A stretch of 23,456 nt of DNA. Origin: a virus. How positions within the stretch are numbered: the stretch's first letter is position 1; each line of letters starts with the position of its first letter. The notes under the pieces are model-generated. The model was not told the DNA's origin and ran no database searches. It saw only the letters and a list, made by a program, of their open reading frames with translations. The position numbers and the translations under genes were made by a program. The stretch is taken from UHGV virus genome UHGV-0795592; one strand, given 5' to 3'. Below, piece by piece: positions 16,360 through 23,456 of this stretch.

Positions 16360-16407
16360 AAAATAAGCTATAACACCTGACTTGTCAACAGATTTTATAG
16401 CTTATTT
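16360..16407 (-). promoter_or_regulatory. sigma70-like promoter embedded in a 13-bp perfect inverted repeat
   Basis: On the minus strand: -35 TTGACA (plus 16383-16388), 17-bp spacer, -10 TATTTT (plus 16360-16365). Inverted repeat arms AAATAAGCTATAA (16361-16373) and TTATAGCTTATTT (16395-16407) flank the -35. Confidence 0.4.
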
Positions 16408-16850
16408 GGCAGATTTTTTATAAGGCTACTGCCATCCTTCCATACCTTACCGAACATCACCCTACTGAACCCGACCCTACCTCACCCGACCCAACCGAAC
16501 CGTACCGAGCACAGACTTATTAAAAGACCCTGTTTAAAGACCTTTTAAAAAGGTAAGTCTCATTTTAATGTAGTTGAGACTAACTACCCGCACCGAACCT
16601 CACATGACCTGACCGCACCCGACCTCACCGCGCCATGCCATAACATACCTTACTTAAAAACCCTTTTCAAAGACTCTTAAGTGATGTAATCGAATTTTAA
16701 TGTAGCTCCGATTAACTACCCATACTTTACCTAACCCGACCGCACCTAACCCGACCTGACCCTACCAGACCCCACCTAGCTAAACCTTATTAAAAGACCC
16801 TGTTTAAAGACCTTTTAAAAAGGAGCCTCCGAAGAGGCTACCTAGTCAAC
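16401..16850. repeat. modular non-coding repeat region A: three (ACCNN)n pentamer arrays, AT-rich motifs and hairpins
   Basis: Arrays at 16444-16508, 16592-16656 and 16724-16788, with AC at every fifth base on the plus strand. Motif M1 (ttattaaaagaccctgtttaaagaccttttaaaaagg) at 16517-16553 and identically at 16787-16823. Motif M2 at 16653-16686. Hairpins at 16556-16581 and 16687-16714. No ORF in the track. Confidence 0.75.
16824..16845 (-). terminator. candidate intrinsic terminator after the 146-aa gene
   Basis: Hairpin AGCCTC-CGAA-GAGGCT (16824-16839). Read on the minus strand it is followed by CCTTTTTAAAAGG. It lies directly 3' of the gene ending at 16851. Confidence 0.4.
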
Positions 16851-17291
16851 TTAGAATGGTTTTCTACGTTGCTTGTTAATATTAGCCTTCATAGCAGCTA
16901 AGTGGTTTTGCTGTTCAATCAGCCGTGAACGTTCTTGATGACTAAGTGCCATAGTGTTCACATTCTCAATCGCTTGAGTGGCTTGCTTTAAAGCTCGACC
17001 AATCTTGCCAGACATTTTACGTTTTGCAATAGTTGCTTGATGCTTAGGTTCAACCACACGATAACCAACACCCATTGAAGCAACCAGATAAATCTTCTCT
17101 TCTTTAAGAAGCTTCTCAATAAACTTCTCAAGTCGGTTTAGACGTGTAAGCGCATAAGCCTTCATTTCATCTTCGTACTTAACAATGTCACCTTGATAAG
17201 TTGGCTTCACAATACCTAAGAAGGTATCCATCTCAGAGTGTGATACAGTGTCACCGTAACTAAACTTTGCTGCTAATGCTTTTGTGTTCAT
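16851..17291 (-). CDS. hypothetical protein with a basic C-terminus
   Basis: 146 aa, ATG with Shine-Dalgarno GAAGGT. C-terminal K/R-rich tail (NINKQRRKPF). No recognisable motif. Confidence 0.5.
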   Translation of the reverse strand: MNTKALAAKFSYGDTVSHSEMDTFLGIVKPTYQGDIVKYEDEMKAYALTRLNRLEKFIEKLLKEEKIYLVASMGVGYRVVEPKHQATIAKRKMSGKIGRALKQATQAIENVNTMALSHQERSRLIEQQNHLAAMKANINKQRRKPF

Positions 17292-17293
17292 AA

Positions 17294-17899
<606 letters not shown>

Positions 17900-17950
17900 T
17901 TAGTTGCTTGTTAAGTTGTTTGTAAAGAACCCTCAACAGAAGACTCTTTA

Positions 17951-18280
17951 GAAACTTGGTAGATTTTTAACGTGGCTGCTACCATCCACCCATACTTTAC
18001 CTAACCAAACCGAACCTCACACAACCAGACCGAGCCGCACCCCGCCTTATTAAAAGACCCTCTTAAAGACCTTTTAAAAAGGTAAGTCTCATTTTAATGT
18101 AGCTGAGACTAACTACCCATACCCTACTTTACCTTACCGTACAGTACTTTACCCGACCACACCGGACAATACTTAACCCTACCTCACCCGACCGGACATC
18201 ACTTAAAAACCCTTTTCAAAAACTCTTAAGTGATGCTGGTGAGTACCCGTTGGTTTATGCTGCTCAGTATACTCACCAAA
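17951..18280. repeat. modular non-coding repeat region B, homologous to region A: two (ACCNN)n arrays, M1, M2 and hairpins
   Basis: Arrays at 17994-18043 and 18121-18205. M1 variant at 18047-18082 (2-3 differences). Hairpin at 18085-18110 identical to region A but for one loop base. M2 at 18202-18235 (1 mismatch). Extra 8-bp-stem hairpin at 18238-18277. Confidence 0.75.
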
Positions 18281-18300
18281 TTTTCTATGTCAACAACTTT

Positions 18301-19404
18301 TTATTCGTAGTCTCGAATAACGAGACCGACAGGGAACTGTAAAGAACCCTTACGAGTCATCTTCTGGAACTGAACCGTCAAAGGTTTCCCGATAAACTCT
18401 TCAGGATGTTCAGCAAGATACTGTTTCTTCTCATGAGTAGTCTTCCATGAGACATCTACAAAGACGTTAGGAAGAGTCTCTACAACGAACTTGCCATGAC
18501 CACGCTTATCAGTCTTTACACCAGTCACTTTAAACTCTTCAGTGTGCATCTTCTTGTGCTTAATCAAGAAGTATGAACGGTGACAACACTCATAGAAGGA
18601 GTCTTCAGAGATTGAACGGTACATTGCACCTTCAAACTTAGCTTCAACCCACTTATCATGAGCTTCATCGAACTCTTCCCAAGAATTTACACGACGTGAC
18701 TTAACAGGGACAACTTTACAGCCATCTCTAAAGCCATTCAATGGTGAAGTCTCAATAATATCTCTACGCTCAGGCCACGTCTTAGTACTGTCACAGATAT
18801 CATACCAGTAAAACTTGAGCAAGTGTCTGTCAGGATTGTCTTCATTTTTAATCATGGAGACGATATCTTCTAAGTCCCACCCATGAGCATAAATCTCTCC
18901 ATCAAATTCATCAACATCTTTGTGGAGCCTTAACATTGCCATAATGTCAGGTATTAGTTCAGTAGGGATTTTGTAAACAGTATTCTCACGAGAATATGCT
19001 GTAAATACACTGCCAATACTCAAGTGCCTTGAAATTCTACAACGTACACCATCCAGTTTTGGTTGAGCATCAGCAGGGAATTTCAGATACTTTGCATGAC
19101 TAACCTTTGCAGCATCATGAGCAAGCTGTACACCTACCTTTTCAGTATTCTGTGCAGACTCTTTTGTGTAAGCATAACCTTTGCGGTCAACTTGCTTTTT
19201 ATACTTAGCAGCAACTTCGAAGAGAGCTTGCTGTTCAGCGTTACGCTCATTCTTTTTACCGATGTTTTTAGGTTCTGCTGTATACTCTTCAAACATCATC
19301 TTGCCATTCTCTTTACCGTAGGTTGTAATAACTTTGTCACCTACAGCAACACACGACCAGACGTTAAAAGAGCCGTCTTTATTTTGTTTGTACAGTATTG
19401 TCAT
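18301..19404 (-). CDS. ATP-dependent DNA ligase
   Basis: Adenylation motif I KLDGVR (…PADAQPKLDGVRCRI…) and downstream FLIKHKK-type lysine motif. Start re-called to ATG at 19404 (MTILYKQNKDG…) with Shine-Dalgarno AGAGGA; about 367 aa. Confidence 0.85.
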   Translation of the reverse strand: MTILYKQNKDGSFNVWSCVAVGDKVITTYGKENGKMMFEEYTAEPKNIGKKNERNAEQQALFEVAAKYKKQVDRKGYAYTKESAQNTEKVGVQLAHDAAKVSHAKYLKFPADAQPKLDGVRCRISRHLSIGSVFTAYSRENTVYKIPTELIPDIMAMLRLHKDVDEFDGEIYAHGWDLEDIVSMIKNEDNPDRHLLKFYWYDICDSTKTWPERRDIIETSPLNGFRDGCKVVPVKSRRVNSWEEFDEAHDKWVEAKFEGAMYRSISEDSFYECCHRSYFLIKHKKMHTEEFKVTGVKTDKRGHGKFVVETLPNVFVDVSWKTTHEKKQYLAEHPEEFIGKPLTVQFQKMTRKGSLQFPVGLVIRDYE

Positions 19405-19405
19405 T

Positions 19406-19597
19406 TTATTCCTCTGAGTGATACCAAGTATTGCAAGCATTACATGCGTAAAGCTCTAAGTCATTTTTATCCGGTTTATGAAAGCAGTTTGCTCCGCAGT
19501 GGCAACGAAAAGGTTTTCCACCAACTGTCAGGATGAAGGATTGAACCTTCCCATCAGGAGTAAGTACAGCATTCTTATTCTTACCTTCTTTATTCAT
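19406..19597 (-). CDS. zinc-ribbon small protein
   Basis: 63 aa with CHCGANC … CNAC cysteine clusters. ATG start. Stop lies 1 nt before the ligase Shine-Dalgarno and ATG. Confidence 0.45.
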   Translation of the reverse strand: MNKEGKNKNAVLTPDGKVQSFILTVGGKPFRCHCGANCFHKPDKNDLELYACNACNTWYHSEE

Positions 19598-19751
19598 TCT
19601 GCTCTTTCCTTTTCAGATTTCATATAAGACCTGTTACTACACCTTTTAATGAAATGCACAACGCATTTTGGCGTATTCTTTGCATCTTTGATGTGCAATC
19701 TCTCGAAACTGTGTACTGTGAAGGTTGCATCTGTCATTGTTTGCTTAGGTT

Positions 19752-19958
19752 TCACTTTCTCTTACCACCAATCTCTACGTCAATAACTTGAACATCGCCA
19801 GCAACATCAAACTTATGAATGATGCTCTCCACAGTGTAAGTCCAACCCTCGATTCGAACCAACTCACCTTCTCGTGGGACGATTGGGTTACGTTGAGCTA
19901 CGGTTGTAGTGGAGTGAACAGTATCATAACAGTAGATATAGTTTACTAAGACTTGCAT
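19752..19958 (-). CDS. hypothetical small protein
   Basis: Start re-called to ATG at 19958 (MQVLVNYIY…) with Shine-Dalgarno TGAGGT; the track start at 19973 is GTG. About 68 aa. Confidence 0.4.
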   Translation of the reverse strand: MQVLVNYIYCYDTVHSTTTVAQRNPIVPREGELVRIEGWTYTVESIIHKFDVAGDVQVIDVEIGGKRK

Positions 19959-19969
19959 CGTAAAAAACC

Positions 19970-20206
19970 TCACTCAATAACCGTAGTGTGTGATTGACTA
20001 TTTTTACCATAACGATAAGATGTTGTCGTTTGAGAGTTTGGACATCTGACAACAACAATATCTGTGCTTATTGCATCCCCATTTAGCTTATAGACTTTAC
20101 AATCTTGCATCTCTGGTGGGAGACTATAAGAAGCATTTTTATCTTCATAAGAAGGGTTGCAGCCAGCTAGAAAGATAACACCAAGCACAATTACTGCTTT
20201 CCACAT
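19970..20206 (-). CDS. small lipoprotein (candidate superinfection-exclusion factor)
   Basis: Start re-called to ATG at 20206 with Shine-Dalgarno GGGGTG. Signal peptide MWKAVIVLGVIFLAG followed by C (lipobox L-A-G-C) and Asn at +2. Mature part about 63 aa with three further Cys. Confidence 0.55.
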   Translation of the reverse strand: MWKAVIVLGVIFLAGCNPSYEDKNASYSLPPEMQDCKVYKLNGDAISTDIVVVRCPNSQTTTSYRYGKNSQSHTTVIE

Positions 20207-20219
20207 AATACACCCCTGT

Positions 20220-20375
20220 TTACTGTTCACGATGCTCTACTTCTCTGTATGTGCGTCGATAATGAATGATAAGTGGTGCTAATTCATTGCTTTTAACATT
20301 TGAGCGTAACAGTTGCCAGTCAAAGCCTTTACCAACTCTTCCATACAAATTAAAAAACTTAACTTTGCGTTTCAT
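20220..20375 (-). CDS. small basic ORF, 51 aa, not in the supplied track
   Basis: Hand-translated: MKRKVKFFNLYGRVGKGFDWQLLRSNVKSNELAPLIIHYRRTYREVEHREQ. ATG at 20373-20375 with GGGGA upstream. Fills the otherwise empty gap between neighbouring genes exactly. Confidence 0.3.
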   Translation of the reverse strand: MKRKVKFFNLYGRVGKGFDWQLLRSNVKSNELAPLIIHYRRTYREVEHREQ

Positions 20376-20393
20376 TTTCGGTATCCCCAATAT

Positions 20394-20606
20394 TTAGAAG
20401 TCAATACTAATACGTTCGCCCTTAAGGACTCCAGTACGGTCCCTTGCAATCTTACCATCAACAATAAGGATATGCGCAGACATTAAAGTATCCCGATTAA
20501 AACTTTTTACGAACTTACTAGGCATCACCACAATGGACATCTCCTGAATTAACTCTGGAGTATAGCAGTTGTCGTGAAGTTGCTGAATAACGTCTGAAAG
20601 TGTCAT
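20394..20606 (-). CDS. hypothetical small protein
   Basis: 70 aa, ATG with strong Shine-Dalgarno AGGAGGT 5 nt upstream. Directly downstream of the DNA polymerase gene. Confidence 0.45.
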   Translation of the reverse strand: MTLSDVIQQLHDNCYTPELIQEMSIVVMPSKFVKSFNRDTLMSAHILIVDGKIARDRTGVLKGERISIDF

Positions 20607-20667
20607 ATAACCTCCTATACAAGATACAGTATAAGGTACTCTTCCATGAGCACCTTGTCAATACTAA

Positions 20668-23367
20668 TTAGTGAACCTCAAGCCAGCTTTTGCCAACCTT
20701 ACCAGTGCCTGTAACAAGTGTTTCTTTCTTAAGACCTAAGTTCTTAGAAGCTTGTCCATAATACCAGTCAGTAACTGCTTTCACCTCTGCCGTCATACTT
20801 TCTGGACATTCCCAACTTGTTTCGTCGTGATATGCGCAGAGCAAACGAGCACCAATAGCTGGTTTACGTCCATTTAACTTCATCAAGCCTTCGTCAATCA
20901 TACGACGACAAGCAAGGTTAATTGCCTCATTTTGAATCTGAGCCTCCGAACCCATAAGCAAATAATTCAACAACTTATGTGGAGATTTACACCACAACCA
21001 AGCTCCAGCAACCTTTACAAAACCCCCTTTAGAGATTGCAGCAGTCTTACCAAACACCTCTTCAAGTGCCTTTTTAGTTGCTTTGTAGTCAGCTTCCAAG
21101 TTATCTAATAATTTCTTAATCTTTGGCAAACGCACAAAGTAAGTCTGTTTAGTTAATGCACCTTCCTGAGTAGTGGCTGCCTTAATAGTTTTAGCAAACT
21201 TCTCATCACCTGCACCAAACAGCAGTGCATAGATACCATTCTTAGCTTTCTTACGACCTTTACTAATCTCATGAAGAAGATTCTCATCCTGCGTTGCACG
21301 ACAAGTCAAGATATCCTGCTCATCATTCAAGCTAAAGTAAATACTGTTCAGTGTATGTGCATCAGTCCCTGAATAGACAACGTACAGGTCATTCTCAGAG
21401 TCATAGCGCAGGTACTTATCAATCTCTGGGTTGAGGTACTCATCAAAGTGTTTGCAGTAATAGCGTCCATCTTCTTGACGAATAAACTCAATCTCTTCTT
21501 TACCTTGCGTTACCGCTTTGGTGAAGTCTTTGTCACCCATAAAGTTGCAAAGAAGAACTAGCTGGGCTGAGTTCATGTCTACAGAGACAACGTTAGTACC
21601 TTCTTCACAAATCCACACTGCCCTCATTGGTTCCCCATAGACAGCAGCACCAGACGGTACGTTTACAATACCATATTGTGTCATACGTCCAGTTGAAGTA
21701 CCAAACACCATTGCGCCAGCACTAAGGCGACCATCTGGACGAATCTGGTTCAACCAACCTTTTTCATCATCCTTTGAGTTCTCAATAGTTCTGCGTCGGT
21801 GCATCAAAGTATAGTACTTAGCAATCTTCTGTCCAAGCTCACCTTCAATCGTATCATAAGATGATTCAGTAAGTTTTGGTGAAGTACGGATTAAGCAAGG
21901 TTCAAGCAAATCTGTGTACTTCTTTACAGACCAGTTATGCTCAATGTACTGGACACCTTCATGCTCAACGTAACTCAAGCCACACCGTTCTACCATCTCC
22001 TGCCACTTAGGATGTTTTGTAATCATCTTTTTATTGTCTTTGAAACGACAAACTTTGACAGGGCGACCGTCTGAATCTTTCTTATAGTTCCAGTCATCTG
22101 GAATCCAACCAACTGATTTCAAGTAGTCTTTAACAACTGCTACCTGAGTCATACGAGAAACTTCAAACTCAATTGGTGTATATGGTGCATCAATCAATCC
22201 TGTGTAGCGACTTGACTCAAGTTCAAAATGGTTAACAACGTGGCTGTTATAATACTTCACAGTCTTGACAGTTTTTACTGGCTTCCAGTCTTTGCATTTC
22301 TTACCAATCTTCGCATTCAACTCATTGCAAATTGCACGAGCATCCTTCATTGCTACAAAACCTTCCTTATACTCTTCACCAGTTACGGAGTTGGTTGGGG
22401 TGTAGCAATTTCTCTTTTCAATGTTAAAAATCTTTGTAGTTGGCTTACCAAATGGCTTGATTTCGTATGTCTGCATTTCACCATTACGTACCTGTTGACG
22501 ATACTTCGTCTTAGGATACTTGGTAATTCTCTTCAGTCCATCTGCATGACCGAATGCTTCAACATACTCATTCCAAGCTTTTGCAAACTCTTCTCCAGTG
22601 ACTTTACCTTTGGTCTTAATAGTTGGAGGTAGATGTGGTTCAACCTCTGAAGCAAGCTCATTAGTCAACTTGTCAAGTTCCTTTACATGGAACTCCATAA
22701 GCTCTTTATCAGCTTTCCAGCCATTGATAGCTTGTTGACTCATCCAGAAAGATGTTTCTTTAGCTCGCATGTAGGTTTCATAAGTGTCTATGCCACACTT
22801 CTTAAGCTTGAGATATTCATTATCCAGTGCACGTTTAGTTTTGGCGTTAATACGGATATCCTCTACAACACGAGTGAAGATTTCTGCATTCCACACACCC
22901 CAATGTTCAATCTCTGGTTTACGGACACCAACACGAGCACCCCATGCAGCCAAGCCATGAGCACCTTTATAGCCCTTTGGAGTTGGTCTATCCATCCACT
23001 GAACACGGGACTGGATAAGAGAATCCTGAAAGAAATTACTCCACGGCTTACACTTTGGATTATCAAAGTTCCACAAATCGGGTGCGATGTGATTGAAAAC
23101 CCACCAGTCATAACCGAGACCATTATGGATGCAAAGACGTTTTGCCTTTAACGCAAACTCAATACCTTCGCGTAGCCCACCCTTAATGTACTTGGTGTAT
23201 TTGTGACCGAGGATAGGCTCATCTGTAAAGACCCATACAGGTGGCTCTTCATCGTCAGATTTATAGTCTGCGAAAGCCATTACGTGCACTTTAGTGAACT
23301 CAAGGAGTAAACCATCAGTTTCTGTATCACCAACTAAATGTAAGTTTTTAAAATCTACGTTTTCCAT
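20668..23367 (-). CDS. family A DNA polymerase (T7 gp5-like) with 3'-5' exonuclease domain
   Basis: Exo I DTETDG. Motif A-like VSVDMNSAQLVLL. Motif B RKKAKNGIYALLFGAG. Motif C YHDE. Also HGLAAWGARVG, resembling T7 gp5. Start re-called to ATG at 23367 (MENVDFK…) with Shine-Dalgarno AGGGAG; the track start at 23397 has none. Confidence 0.9.
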   Translation of the reverse strand: MENVDFKNLHLVGDTETDGLLLEFTKVHVMAFADYKSDDEEPPVWVFTDEPILGHKYTKYIKGGLREGIEFALKAKRLCIHNGLGYDWWVFNHIAPDLWNFDNPKCKPWSNFFQDSLIQSRVQWMDRPTPKGYKGAHGLAAWGARVGVRKPEIEHWGVWNAEIFTRVVEDIRINAKTKRALDNEYLKLKKCGIDTYETYMRAKETSFWMSQQAINGWKADKELMEFHVKELDKLTNELASEVEPHLPPTIKTKGKVTGEEFAKAWNEYVEAFGHADGLKRITKYPKTKYRQQVRNGEMQTYEIKPFGKPTTKIFNIEKRNCYTPTNSVTGEEYKEGFVAMKDARAICNELNAKIGKKCKDWKPVKTVKTVKYYNSHVVNHFELESSRYTGLIDAPYTPIEFEVSRMTQVAVVKDYLKSVGWIPDDWNYKKDSDGRPVKVCRFKDNKKMITKHPKWQEMVERCGLSYVEHEGVQYIEHNWSVKKYTDLLEPCLIRTSPKLTESSYDTIEGELGQKIAKYYTLMHRRRTIENSKDDEKGWLNQIRPDGRLSAGAMVFGTSTGRMTQYGIVNVPSGAAVYGEPMRAVWICEEGTNVVSVDMNSAQLVLLCNFMGDKDFTKAVTQGKEEIEFIRQEDGRYYCKHFDEYLNPEIDKYLRYDSENDLYVVYSGTDAHTLNSIYFSLNDEQDILTCRATQDENLLHEISKGRKKAKNGIYALLFGAGDEKFAKTIKAATTQEGALTKQTYFVRLPKIKKLLDNLEADYKATKKALEEVFGKTAAISKGGFVKVAGAWLWCKSPHKLLNYLLMGSEAQIQNEAINLACRRMIDEGLMKLNGRKPAIGARLLCAYHDETSWECPESMTAEVKAVTDWYYGQASKNLGLKKETLVTGTGKVGKSWLEVH

Positions 23368-23399
23368 TTTTACTCCCTCTAAAATCATTAACCTCATAC

Positions 23400-23456
23400 A
23401 TTACTGCAAAAAATTATAAAAAGCAAGTTGACAATGTACTTGACAAGGTGTTAATC
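23400..23456 (-). promoter_or_regulatory. possible promoter for the polymerase operon
   Basis: Perfect TATAAT on the minus strand (plus 23413-23418) in an AT-rich context, about 45 nt upstream of the ATG. No good -35 (AAGTAC at 17 bp). The window ends here. Confidence 0.2.

Noticed and set aside
16401-16440. Sigma54 promoter resemblance (TGGCAG / TGGTAG) in the conserved element
   Set aside because: The -12 GC element (TTGCA) is absent at the required spacing in both copies.
18238-18277. Hairpin GGTGAGTA…TACTCACC after the ligase stop as an intrinsic terminator
   Set aside because: It has a 24-nt loop and no T-run follows it on either strand. It is kept as part of repeat region B rather than called a terminator.
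19830-19920. tRNA-like motifs GTAGCTCA and GGTTCGAATC on the minus strand
   Set aside because: Spacing between the two motifs is too short, no complementary acceptor or T stems can be formed, and the region lies inside a coding frame.

Overview
The window reads as a segment of a virulent contractile-tailed phage genome; it looks AT-rich by eye (GC not computed). The plus strand (273-12795) carries a late tail module: two small ORFs in the tail-chaperone position, a tape-measure-like protein, a baseplate block (hub-like, gpV-like spike, gpW/gp25-like, baseplate-J-like, gpI-like), two paralogous tail fibres with collar-like domains and His-x-His repeats, then two small membrane proteins and a terminator. 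The minus strand (12832-23367) converges on it and carries a replication and nucleotide-metabolism module: family A DNA polymerase, ATP-dependent DNA ligase (motif KLDGVR), DHFR, thymidylate synthase, and many small unknown ORFs (HTH protein, two zinc-ribbon proteins, a Sec-secreted protein, a lipoprotein). The most unusual signal is two homologous non-coding regions (16401-16850 and 17951-18280) built from five arrays of a degenerate pentamer (ACCNN)n, interleaved with near-identical AT-rich motifs and hairpins whose stems covary. They bracket a two-gene cassette of unknown function. No rRNA, tRNA, CRISPR array, integrase or transposase was found. Several ORF-track starts are GTG or TTG; I re-called them to in-frame ATGs with a Shine-Dalgarno where one is visible. 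Family assignments are from motifs recognised by eye, not from searches.
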